From the IMG/VR virus record IMGVR_UViG_3300044712_000810, positions 1 to 64,000 of that record: a DNA stretch of 64,000 nucleotides. The stretch is one strand, 5' to 3'. Numbering within the stretch: the stretch's first letter is position 1; every line of letters begins with the position of its first letter. A model generated the notes under the pieces. The model had not been told where the DNA came from. It did not search any database and saw nothing but the letters and a program-made list of their open reading frames with translations. A program made the translations under genes and the position numbers. Below are positions 43,951 to 53,247 of the stretch, in pieces.

Positions 43951-45204
43951 ATGAAGAAACTATCGAAATCTAAATTGAAAAATAGGGCATCAAGATTGAA
44001 AGCAGTAGTAGGCAGTCCAATGTCTATTGATATGGAATATTATGAGGACACTGTAAAATATCAAGGAGACAAAATGGATCAGGGCGAAGATCTGAATGTT
44101 GGTCTTACGTTTGGCGCTGACTTCGGTTATCCTGTTTATGGCGTTGTTGCCAAAGGTAAAACTGAAGAACTTCTGCGTCATGCAAACAAGACCGGTCTTT
44201 CCGAACACGAAGAATTCAACATGGTCATTGATGGAAAGAAACGTAGTGACGTATTTGAGATTTTTCGCAAATATGGTCGTTGCATGGACTTCCAAAAAAG
44301 AACTTTCGTCTGTATGGCGGAAGATGCTTACATCGGTGTTAACTTCACCGATCGTGATTCCTATAGTGGAATCTATGTTTCCTTTGACGGAAACGATAAA
44401 AACAAATTGATTGAACTTCGCAATCAAATTTATGCAGAACTTAAAGAATTTAAAAAAGTGTGCATTAACTGTGAAGTCAATTGGTATTATGCCAAAGGAT
44501 GCAATCAAGAACTTCAGTCTCAACAGATTCAGGAAGTTCTTGATGATAATGTTTATCCCGAAGCATATCCTTATATTGAAAATCTTGATGAATTCATCAA
44601 TGATTATCTTGCCGGTGATGAACAAGTTCTCATCTTCCTGGGTCCTCCCGGAACCGGTAAAACTCGTTTGATCCGCTACATTCTTAATCGTATGGTCGTC
44701 AAACAAATTGAAAAACAAGGAGTAGGTCTTAGCCGTTATGGCGATGCCTATTTCGAAGATGACGATGATGTAAATATCATGTATACTACCGATGCGAAAG
44801 TATTGGAACATGAAGAGTTCATTGTGGATTTCCTTACCAATAGGCACTCCGCAATGGTTCTTGAAGATATTGACTTTAACCTTCGTCCTCGCATGGATAA
44901 CAACACTTCCATGTATAAACTTCTTGCCTCCAGTGATGGTCTTCTGACCAACCGTGGACGTAAGATGATTATTAGTACCAACGTTGATAGCGTTGCGAAA
45001 ATCGACGAAGCTCTTATTCGTCCCGGACGTTGCTACGGCATCGTTCAATTCCAGAAACTTAATCCCGAACAGGCAAATACGTTTCTGAAAGTTATTGGCA
45101 GTGACGAAACTGTTACTGTTGAAAAAACCATTGCCGAACTTTACGCTATGAAGAAACATACTCGTAGCGGTTCTGGCAACAATATTCGCAAAATCGGATT
45201 CTAG
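43951..45204 (+). CDS. AAA+ ATPase
   Basis: GPPGTGKT, VLEDID, STN, IDEALIRPGRC. Confidence 0.9.
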   Translation: MKKLSKSKLKNRASRLKAVVGSPMSIDMEYYEDTVKYQGDKMDQGEDLNVGLTFGADFGYPVYGVVAKGKTEELLRHANKTGLSEHEEFNMVIDGKKRSDVFEIFRKYGRCMDFQKRTFVCMAEDAYIGVNFTDRDSYSGIYVSFDGNDKNKLIELRNQIYAELKEFKKVCINCEVNWYYAKGCNQELQSQQIQEVLDDNVYPEAYPYIENLDEFINDYLAGDEQVLIFLGPPGTGKTRLIRYILNRMVVKQIEKQGVGLSRYGDAYFEDDDDVNIMYTTDAKVLEHEEFIVDFLTNRHSAMVLEDIDFNLRPRMDNNTSMYKLLASSDGLLTNRGRKMIISTNVDSVAKIDEALIRPGRCYGIVQFQKLNPEQANTFLKVIGSDETVTVEKTIAELYAMKKHTRSGSGNNIRKIGF

Positions 45205-45250
45205 ATTATAGCGGCCCATATACTGGGCCGCATTTTTATTTTTATATGTT

Positions 45251-45262
45251 TCATATAGAAAT
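45251..45262 (+). promoter_or_regulatory. TCATATAGAAAT putative promoter
   Basis: Follows the terminator GCGGCCCA...TGGGCCGC-ATTTTT. Confidence 0.7.
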
Positions 45263-45284
45263 AATCATGTTATGAGGAGGCATT

Positions 45285-45497
45285 ATGAGAACAATAACCA
45301 TGGAAAATGGAAGCATGTACTATGATGAAGAATTTAATTCACTAATCATAGCCAAAAATCTTGAAAATGGCAATGTTTCCGTTTTTACACCATGTACAGA
45401 CTGGGATATAACGTTTAGGTTAGGGCGTCCACAATTTTTTACAACTGTAATAACACGAGAACAATTTAACACGTACATTAGCATGGAGGACTCATGA
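45285..45497 (+). CDS. Hypothetical protein
   Basis: GAGGAGG RBS; ATGA overlap with the vWA gene. Confidence 0.65.
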   Translation: MRTITMENGSMYYDEEFNSLIIAKNLENGNVSVFTPCTDWDITFRLGRPQFFTTVITREQFNTYISMEDS

Positions 45498-46903
45498 CAG
45501 CAAGAGACTGGATTGACGTTTGCATCTCGTTTGACACAACAGGAAGCATGTATCCCTGCCTGGGCGAAGTTCGCTCCAAGATCACCAAAATGGTGGACAC
45601 CCTGTTTTCGAAGATCCCGAATCTTCGTATCGCAATCATCGCTCATGGCGACTACTGCGATGCAGGCCGTCCTTACACCGTTAAGGTGATGGATTTCACC
45701 AACGAAAAGAACACCATCGTCAACTTCGTGAACAAGGTCGAACCGACCGGCGGCGGTGATGCACCTGAATGCTACGAACTGGTTCTCAAAACTGCGAGAA
45801 CTCTTCTCTCGTGGCGTTCCGGCACCTCCAAGTCCATCGTCATGATTGGCGACGACAATCCGCACGGACCTACCTATCCGCAGAACGTCGACAAGATCGA
45901 CTGGCAGAACGAATGCGGCCTGCTGAAAGAAGCCAACGTCAAGGTCTATGGCATTCATGCCATGCCTGGTTGCCGTCGTCACAGCGAAACCTTTTACAGG
46001 GCAATCGCTGCAAGAACCGAAGGCACCTATCTGACCCTGGACCAGTTCGCAGCGATCGAACAGCTCATTCTCGGCATCTGCTACAAACAGGACAGCGTCG
46101 AGAAACTCAACGAATACGTCGAAGTCATCAAGGTCGGTGCCGGTCGTAGCACCCTGCGTAACATCGCAGCACTCACCGGAACCACCTTCGACGAGGCCGA
46201 CTATTCAAAGAAGCACATGCCCAAGGGCCTCGTGCCGGTTCCTTCCGGCCGCTTCCAGGTCTTCACCGTTCCATCGAAGATGGCAATCAAACAGTTCGTC
46301 GTCGATCGCGGAATCCTTTTCAAGAAGGGCCGTGGCTTCTACGAGCTCACCAAGTCCGAAACCGTCCAGCAGTACAAAGAAGTCATTCTGCAGGACAAGA
46401 TCACTGGCGAATTCTACGCCGGTGCTGCCGCTCGCGAAATGCTCGGCCTGCGCCCGCAGATCGAAGGAACTTCTGGTGGCATCCACGAGAAGCTTCGTCC
46501 TGTCGATCTGGACAAATACCGCGTGTTCATCCAGAGCACCTCGGTAAACCGCGCTCTCGTCGCCGGATCTGGCTTCCTTTACGAAGTCGAAGACTGGGAC
46601 AAGAAGGGAGAGACTCTCGAAGTCAAGGAAACCATTCCTGTCGTGGTCGGAAAAACTGCCAAAGCAACCGCCAAGGCTCCGACCAAGGCGACCACCAAGA
46701 CCCCTGCCAAGGCCCCGGCCAAAAGCAGAACGAAACCCACCGTGGTTCACGCCAAGATCACCGGCTTCGTGGTCAAGATCGAAGACGACGGCAAGATCAA
46801 CATCGCAAACGCCTCCGGCGAAAAGCCTTTCATGACCATCGCCGCCGAACACAACTTGGCATCCGCTCTGCGCAAGATCGCAGAAGTCGGAGAATTCAAG
46901 TAA
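45494..46903 (+). CDS. von Willebrand factor A domain protein with Lys/Ala/Thr-rich linker
   Basis: SFDTTGSM MIDAS, TGGGDAPECYE, MIGDDNPH; GC-rich codons. Confidence 0.85.
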   Translation: MTARDWIDVCISFDTTGSMYPCLGEVRSKITKMVDTLFSKIPNLRIAIIAHGDYCDAGRPYTVKVMDFTNEKNTIVNFVNKVEPTGGGDAPECYELVLKTARTLLSWRSGTSKSIVMIGDDNPHGPTYPQNVDKIDWQNECGLLKEANVKVYGIHAMPGCRRHSETFYRAIAARTEGTYLTLDQFAAIEQLILGICYKQDSVEKLNEYVEVIKVGAGRSTLRNIAALTGTTFDEADYSKKHMPKGLVPVPSGRFQVFTVPSKMAIKQFVVDRGILFKKGRGFYELTKSETVQQYKEVILQDKITGEFYAGAAAREMLGLRPQIEGTSGGIHEKLRPVDLDKYRVFIQSTSVNRALVAGSGFLYEVEDWDKKGETLEVKETIPVVVGKTAKATAKAPTKATTKTPAKAPAKSRTKPTVVHAKITGFVVKIEDDGKINIANASGEKPFMTIAAEHNLASALRKIAEVGEFK

Positions 46904-46951
46904 ACCCAACGGGCGGGCCGAAAGGTCCGCCCAATTTTATTTTCTCTTAAC

Positions 46952-46963
46952 TTATATAGAAAT
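46952..46963 (+). promoter_or_regulatory. TTATATAGAAAT putative promoter
   Basis: Follows the terminator GGGCGGGCC-GAAA-GGTCCGCCC. Confidence 0.65.
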
Positions 46964-46991
46964 AGTACAATAACAAACAAAGGAGGCAAAC

Positions 46992-47468
46992 ATGTCTTTA
47001 AAAGGAGTTGTTCCACCTGTTGAAGTAAGAAACAAGATTATAAGAGCCATTAAACTGGCTCTCATCGTGATTGCCGGAATCTTATCATTCCTTTTAGGAG
47101 TGACATATTCCATCACTCATGCAGCAGTTGCTGACAAAATGTCAAAAAAGTACAACGTTGAACTAACATTGAACAATCTAACTGAAAACATCATCAGGTT
47201 CGAAAAGTCGGACATCGTTCCAAACATCGCAGTAATGCGTAAACAAATTCCGACATTTGACAAGACTTACGAAACCTACATCAAATCGCAACCTGTACAA
47301 AGTCGACTTCGCATGGTCGTTGACTGGATGTTGACGAACTTGTCAGAGTCGCAACTCAAAAAACTAGAAGACCCAAATGAAGATTTTGGCAATATGTTGC
47401 CAAAAAGATTTCAAGAAGAAATCATCGAGATTATTAGCACGGGTCTTCAACTGGCGAAAAACCAATGA
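46992..47468 (+). CDS. Membrane-anchored hypothetical protein
   Basis: AAGGAGG RBS, one TM helix. Confidence 0.7.
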   Translation: MSLKGVVPPVEVRNKIIRAIKLALIVIAGILSFLLGVTYSITHAAVADKMSKKYNVELTLNNLTENIIRFEKSDIVPNIAVMRKQIPTFDKTYETYIKSQPVQSRLRMVVDWMLTNLSESQLKKLEDPNEDFGNMLPKRFQEEIIEIISTGLQLAKNQ

Positions 47469-47578
47469 CAAAAATTAAAGTGGGGGATGGCTTACGTCCC
47501 CCACGCAATTTGATTTCCCTTCTAAAGTTATAAAGAAATAGTTTTATAGTATAAAATCCTTGGGAATTGGGGGTAAGA

Positions 47579-49681
47579 GTGCAACAAATCCAATGTGACG
47601 ATTTAATTGACATGATTAAGTCCGACAAAATTTCTCCCTATCAATTTTATTCTACGGATATTGATTATCCACAGTATTACAGTGTTGAATATTTTTTAAA
47701 TCATCCTCATGATACTATTGAAAAAAATCAAAAGCTTAAAATCCTGTTTTTAGACATCGAAGTTTATATGCAAGGATCTACGAAATTCCCAAAACCAGAA
47801 GAAGGGGAATTTCCAGTAAGCGCAATTACAACATATTTAAATACAAAAAACAAGTTTACATCTTATTTTTTATTATTGAATAAAAACATACAAAAATTTC
47901 CAGTAGAAGATCTTGAAAAACAAAAACAAGATTATTTAAACACACTGTTACAAAATAAATATATAACAGACAAAGATACACTGGAAATTAAAATTTTTAC
48001 GAATGAAACAGAACTGTTAAAAACATTTTGGGAAGATGTAAAAACAGATGATCCAGCATGTTTAACAGGATGGAACAGCGATCAATTCGACTTACCGTAT
48101 CTATATTACAGAACGGTTAATGTATTAAATGGTGATGAAAAACGTGCTCATAAGTTAATGTCTAAATTTGGACAAGTTAAAGTTAGAGCATATGGTGGAA
48201 AAATAGTAATAGATTTTCCAGAATTTATTAATATGGATTTATATTACTTATATAAACCACGAGCAGAAGGTGGACTTGCACAAGGTAAAACTATGGCAAG
48301 TTATTCACTAGATTTCGTGTCAGAACAAATTTTAAAATTAAAGAAATTAGAATATAAAAATGAAGGTATGAGTCTGGATATGTTTTATGAAGCAGATCCA
48401 GTTGGATACTTATTATATAACATAATGGACTGTTGCCTAGTTAATTTACTTAACAATAAACTAGGACACCCAGACCGATATAACATGTTACGTCGTCTTA
48501 TGAAGACACCATTAGGTATTGCACTAAGAGGTCCTTCCGCATTATTTGATACATTCGTTTTACATGAATTGACAAGAAATGGTCAGGGCCCAAGATTTGG
48601 AATACTAGACGAAACAAGTGTAGAAATTCCAGAACATGAGATTAGACAAATACCTACACAAAAAACAAGTAAGAAAATTAAATGGGGAATTACTGAAATT
48701 TCCCAAGAAACTTATAGAGCGATAACTTGTAGATATCCTGGCGCATATGTTAAGGATTCTCCAGGTTTAATTTATGACTTGGATGATGGAATTCTAATTG
48801 ACTTAGATGCAACATCACTGTATCCAAGTATGATCTGTCAATATAATATCAGTTTCGATACATTCCATGGAAGAGTAATTGATCCTATTGTAACTAAATC
48901 ATTAGTAACAATTGATAATATTATTAAATCAAATGGACCAATTGCAGATAATATCTATATTGGTCTTTGTGACATGGCATCAAAATATGTATATAGAGAA
49001 GAATTTACAAATAAAAACGATTATACACAACAAGTGTATTATATCACATGTTATCTTATTAAGAAAATAAAAGAACATGGAAAAGAACTTGATAAGTTAT
49101 TTCATCCAAAAGACTATAAAGATTATATCGTACTTAAACGTTACTTGTTACCACTTATTGACTTACTTGAAGACTTATCATCAAACTCTGAAGAATATAA
49201 TACATTCGCCCATGACTATTTATTAATGGACAAAACTGATCCAGAAGTAAAAAGTTTATTAATAGTTGAAAATATAACGAAACCAACAATATGTGTTAAT
49301 CGTATTTTGGTCGAAGATTTTCCAAATTATCTAAAACAACAAAAACTAGTATTTACTCTAACCGGATGTTTATTCAATGAACACAATGACAAAATAAGTA
49401 TCTTTTATGAATTCCTTACAAACATGAAAAATATGCGCGATCAATATAAAAGAGATCGCGACAGTAATGAAGAAGGAAGCGAAAAGTATCGTTATTTTGA
49501 CATGATGCAGAATGCCACCAAAGTAACAATGAACTCAACATATGGTCTATATGGCATGAGTTTATTCAGATATAGTAATAAATGGTTGGCGAAAACTATT
49601 ACAATTTCCGGAAGATTAACACTAAAACTAGCACAAAGATTATCTGATGTATATATAAGTTCTCTCAAGGAAAATAATTAA
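47579..49681 (+). CDS. Family-B DNA polymerase, N-terminal part (3'-5' exonuclease, motifs A and B)
   Basis: FLDIEV (ExoI), GWNSDQFDLPYL (ExoII), YNIMD (ExoIII), DLDATSLYPS, KVTMNSTYG; lacks YGDTDS. Confidence 0.9.
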   Translation: MQQIQCDDLIDMIKSDKISPYQFYSTDIDYPQYYSVEYFLNHPHDTIEKNQKLKILFLDIEVYMQGSTKFPKPEEGEFPVSAITTYLNTKNKFTSYFLLLNKNIQKFPVEDLEKQKQDYLNTLLQNKYITDKDTLEIKIFTNETELLKTFWEDVKTDDPACLTGWNSDQFDLPYLYYRTVNVLNGDEKRAHKLMSKFGQVKVRAYGGKIVIDFPEFINMDLYYLYKPRAEGGLAQGKTMASYSLDFVSEQILKLKKLEYKNEGMSLDMFYEADPVGYLLYNIMDCCLVNLLNNKLGHPDRYNMLRRLMKTPLGIALRGPSALFDTFVLHELTRNGQGPRFGILDETSVEIPEHEIRQIPTQKTSKKIKWGITEISQETYRAITCRYPGAYVKDSPGLIYDLDDGILIDLDATSLYPSMICQYNISFDTFHGRVIDPIVTKSLVTIDNIIKSNGPIADNIYIGLCDMASKYVYREEFTNKNDYTQQVYYITCYLIKKIKEHGKELDKLFHPKDYKDYIVLKRYLLPLIDLLEDLSSNSEEYNTFAHDYLLMDKTDPEVKSLLIVENITKPTICVNRILVEDFPNYLKQQKLVFTLTGCLFNEHNDKISIFYEFLTNMKNMRDQYKRDRDSNEEGSEKYRYFDMMQNATKVTMNSTYGLYGMSLFRYSNKWLAKTITISGRLTLKLAQRLSDVYISSLKENN

Positions 49682-50409
49682 TGTATGAACAAGAAAATAT
49701 ACCTCTTGCGAATTTGTTCCAATTAGGAAGTAGAAAACCAATATATCAAATAAGAGACGGTGGAACAATAATGGAGAAACCAGCTTTAGTAAATCTGGAT
49801 GGTCATGCAATGTTTGGTGGTTCTGATATTGAAAACATGGAAATAACACCAGAAGAACCAAAGATTGAACCTGTAGAACTTGTTGGTGAAATTGAAGAAG
49901 AACCAACATTAACACAAACAAAGAAAGGTTATAATATTATCAATCTGTTTTGGTTATATAATCAAAAACTATTTGATAAAAAACCATTACTCGATAATGA
50001 AACACATTTTGCAACAATTAGTTTTAATTGTAATTTTGGAAATCTCCGAGTTGACTTATTTGAAATACCACCTGAAGCCATAAAAGGACACGTAGTATTT
50101 CTTAATTTGTTAAAACGAAAGATCTCCGGCACAATATATCCTGGATCATTATTTCGCTTATTATACGAACCATCAATCAATATGACTTGTATGGAACAAT
50201 TAGTTACATACACTGGTGAAGACTGGCAAAGTCAAAGACCCGTATGTAAGTTTATGAAAAATGATCATGGTATATTACTAACTATAGACGATCATATGAA
50301 AAATAGTCACTTATACAACTTTACCGGATGGCAACGTGAAGCATTTATATATGCAGCAAAGTTTGCTTTAAATCAAGGATTTCAATTAGTAGCACAAAAT
50401 AACATGTAA
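49681..50409 (+). CDS. Hypothetical protein
   Basis: 242 aa, coupled to the polymerase stop. Confidence 0.75.
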   Translation: MYEQENIPLANLFQLGSRKPIYQIRDGGTIMEKPALVNLDGHAMFGGSDIENMEITPEEPKIEPVELVGEIEEEPTLTQTKKGYNIINLFWLYNQKLFDKKPLLDNETHFATISFNCNFGNLRVDLFEIPPEAIKGHVVFLNLLKRKISGTIYPGSLFRLLYEPSINMTCMEQLVTYTGEDWQSQRPVCKFMKNDHGILLTIDDHMKNSHLYNFTGWQREAFIYAAKFALNQGFQLVAQNNM

Positions 50410-50481
50410 TTAAGTTTCTTAAAAAATAAAAAAATTATAACCATGAACCCGAATTGTATTGATTTTTAAGGAGAAAGTATC

Positions 50482-50853
50482 ATGCGTAATTTAAACAAAG
50501 TAATTCTTATCGGTAATGTTGGAAACACACCAGAGCTTAGACAAACAAAGAATAACATTCCAGTTACTAACTTTAATTTGGCTACTACTGATTATTGGAA
50601 AGATCGTAACACAGGTGAAAGTAAGAAAAACACAAAATGGCACAAAATCGTACTTTGGGGCGATGCGGCCGAAAGAGCTTGTAACTTTGTTAAAAAAGGA
50701 ATGTTAGTACTAGTTGAAGGCAGTATTTCATATCGTGAACATACTGATGATGCTGGTGTAAAACGTACGATTGCAGAAATCAAAGCAGAAAAAGTAAGAA
50801 AGCAATCATCCCCAAGATTTAGACAGAATGAGGATGATGCTTCCGATGAGTAA
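50482..50853 (+). CDS. ssb: Single-stranded DNA-binding protein (copy 2)
   Basis: LNKVILIGNVGNTPELR, TKWHKIVLWG, VEGSISYRE. Confidence 0.9.
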   Translation: MRNLNKVILIGNVGNTPELRQTKNNIPVTNFNLATTDYWKDRNTGESKKNTKWHKIVLWGDAAERACNFVKKGMLVLVEGSISYREHTDDAGVKRTIAEIKAEKVRKQSSPRFRQNEDDASDE

Positions 50854-51628
50854 TTTACCTGATATCCAAAATAGTTGTCCCGATATTAAAGTAAAACTTA
50901 ATCGAGTTGGTATTGAAGACTTTAGACTTCCAATCACTATTCTCGAAAAAGAAAATGGATATCAGAAAACAGTTGCAAGTATTAACTGTTATGTTGATTT
51001 AGATTGTAATAACAGAGGAGTCAATATGTCTAGACTCCCATTAGTATTACATGAATATAATGAAAAAATATTTAATATGAATTTACTTGCAGAAATTGCA
51101 AAAACAATTCGCGAGAATTGTGAAGCAGAAGAATCTCAAGTAATTTATAAATTTCCATATTTCATTAAAAAGAAAGCGCCAGTTACAGGATATGAAGGAT
51201 ATGTATTCTATGATGTAACTTTTGACATGACATCAAATAAGACTGGTCAAACATTCAAATTTCAAGTTAAAACTTACGCAACCAGTCTCTGTCCTTGTAG
51301 CAAAGAAATATCTGAAGATGGCGCACATAATCAGAAATGCCTCATTCAAATCGATGTAGTTCCAAAGAAAGACTCATGGATTTGGATTGAAGATATTATT
51401 AAAGTCGCTGAAAGTTCTGCATCTTGTGAAATTTTCAGCGTACTAAAACGCCCAGATGAAAAGTATGTTACAGAAAATGCATATAATAATGCGGCGTTTG
51501 TTGAAGATATAACTCGAAATGTATATGAAAAATTAACAAATATCGAAGGTATTGATACATTCAATATTGTTGTTATCTCGGATGAAAGTATTCATCTACA
51601 TAAAGCATATGCTAGATTGCATGTTTAA
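50846..51628 (+). CDS. folE2: GTP cyclohydrolase IB
   Basis: LPDIQ, RGVNMSR, SLCPCSKEIS...GAHNQ, VLKRPDEKYVTE, FVEDITR, ESIHLHKAYA. Confidence 0.92.
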   Translation: MSNLPDIQNSCPDIKVKLNRVGIEDFRLPITILEKENGYQKTVASINCYVDLDCNNRGVNMSRLPLVLHEYNEKIFNMNLLAEIAKTIRENCEAEESQVIYKFPYFIKKKAPVTGYEGYVFYDVTFDMTSNKTGQTFKFQVKTYATSLCPCSKEISEDGAHNQKCLIQIDVVPKKDSWIWIEDIIKVAESSASCEIFSVLKRPDEKYVTENAYNNAAFVEDITRNVYEKLTNIEGIDTFNIVVISDESIHLHKAYARLHV

Positions 51629-51643
51629 TACGGAGTTTAAAAC

Positions 51644-51838
51644 ATGCATCGTGATCCCAATAGCACATTTGTAGAAATATATGAAACTTGCACTTGGTGC
51701 AAAGGACGAGGACATTTCTCTAAAGATGAAAGTCCAGATGAAAGTCAATATTGTCCAGTATGTAATGGTCTTGGAAAAATTGGTGAACACATATCACTAA
51801 AAGACTTTAGAGAATTACTAATAAATATGAAAAGGTAA
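51644..51838 (+). CDS. Small CxxCxGxG zinc-finger protein
   Basis: CTWCKGRG and CPVCNGLG. Confidence 0.7.
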   Translation: MHRDPNSTFVEIYETCTWCKGRGHFSKDESPDESQYCPVCNGLGKIGEHISLKDFRELLINMKR

Positions 51839-51841
51839 AGT

Positions 51842-52144
51842 ATGAGCGAACCAAAAACATATAATTTAGAAGAATTTCTAAATTCAAAACAAGATAAACT
51901 AGCAGTAATAGATGATCATAGATTACGTATTACAGATCACGTACTAGCTATTATCAGAAAAGCAACAGACAGAGATCAAATGCTAACGGATGTTGAAGCG
52001 TATCTAGAAATTGAAAAAACGAAAAGCGTTTTGTTCTGGCACTCTGTTGATTATGATGAAGTTTGTTTCGAAGGTGAAAATGTAGTTTTCACTAGATTGG
52101 GCTTATCCATGCCCGTAGAAGAAACGTCGGAAGAAAATAATTAA
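51842..52144 (+). CDS. Hypothetical protein
   Basis: Co-oriented, followed by terminator. Confidence 0.7.
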   Translation: MSEPKTYNLEEFLNSKQDKLAVIDDHRLRITDHVLAIIRKATDRDQMLTDVEAYLEIEKTKSVLFWHSVDYDEVCFEGENVVFTRLGLSMPVEETSEENN

Positions 52145-52198
52145 AATAAGGGTGGGAGAAATCCCACCCAGTTTTAAGAATCATGTACGAGGAAAAAG

Positions 52199-52534
52199 AT
52201 GCATATAGAAAACATAAAATTCGATGAAGACAGTTTAACTATCGATTTCATGTACGAAGACAATATCATATACCAGCTCGATTTAGAAAGATGTAAAACT
52301 TCAAGTGAATTACTCGACTGGATTCTCCAAATCAATGACAAATCTTGGTGTACTCCGAACGTATTAAAAGAATTATTTCGAATATTAGATGAAGCAAGTA
52401 ACATTGTCTTTTATGATAGTATTCAGATGATTTATTGTCCCTTTGGAAATAATAAACATGTAGATTGGACAAATGGAAAAGTCGAGGATTTAATATGCAA
52501 GTCAAAATCATCTCAGGAACAACAGATCCAATAA
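52199..52534 (+). CDS. Hypothetical protein
   Basis: GAGG RBS. Confidence 0.65.
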   Translation: MHIENIKFDEDSLTIDFMYEDNIIYQLDLERCKTSSELLDWILQINDKSWCTPNVLKELFRILDEASNIVFYDSIQMIYCPFGNNKHVDWTNGKVEDLICKSKSSQEQQIQ

Positions 52535-53247
52535 ATTTACTTTATATCTCTGCTAGACAATGCTATAGTCCTGGTTCAATTGTTGATTGTTTTGACGAAC
52601 TAATGCTAATTAGTAAAAATGATAAACTCAAACTAATTAACCATGTAATGTCATCAGGACATCTGAGTGTTCTTGAACACGCGTCATTCACGTTTGCGAT
52701 TAAAGAAATATCAAGAGCGTGTAGTCACCAACTGGTACGTCATCGTATAGCCAGTTATTCACATCAATCTCAAAGATATGCTGGTGCCGGCGATGAAGGC
52801 GTTTTCACCGACAGGTATGTCATTCCAAAAACAATGTATAATCCAGAAATTACATGTTCTGGAAAATATTTTGCAACACTCGAGAAAATCGAGGAATGTT
52901 ACAAAGAAATGGTAAAAGAAATTCCTAAAGAAGATGCACGATTTATATTACCTAATGCAACAAAAACAAATATCATAGTCACAATGAACTTTAGAAGTTT
53001 ATTTCACTTCTTCGAAGAACGTTGTTGTAACTGTGCACAATGGGAAATTCGAAACATGGCAAATACTATGTTACAACTATGTAAAGAAAAAGAACCCGAA
53101 TTATTTGCCAATTCTGGCGCAAAATGTTTGCGTTTAGGTTATTGCAACGAATCGATAAAAAGATCTTGTGGCCGTAGACCAACAAGGGATTTAATATATA
53201 AGAAAGTTGGTGAAAATTATGTTCCATTATTTATTAAAAAGTCTTAA
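52495..53247 (+). CDS. thyX: FAD-dependent thymidylate synthase
   Basis: GHLSVLEH, SRACSHQLVRHRIASYSHQSQRY, EDARFILPN, AQWEIR. Confidence 0.93.
   Translation: MQVKIISGTTDPINLLYISARQCYSPGSIVDCFDELMLISKNDKLKLINHVMSSGHLSVLEHASFTFAIKEISRACSHQLVRHRIASYSHQSQRYAGAGDEGVFTDRYVIPKTMYNPEITCSGKYFATLEKIEECYKEMVKEIPKEDARFILPNATKTNIIVTMNFRSLFHFFEERCCNCAQWEIRNMANTMLQLCKEKEPELFANSGAKCLRLGYCNESIKRSCGRRPTRDLIYKKVGENYVPLFIKKS

Noticed and set aside
43990-45219. 409-aa antisense ORF opposite the AAA+ gene
   Set aside because: Shadow of a well-supported gene with biased codons; no RBS or motif, and it runs against the strand of the whole block
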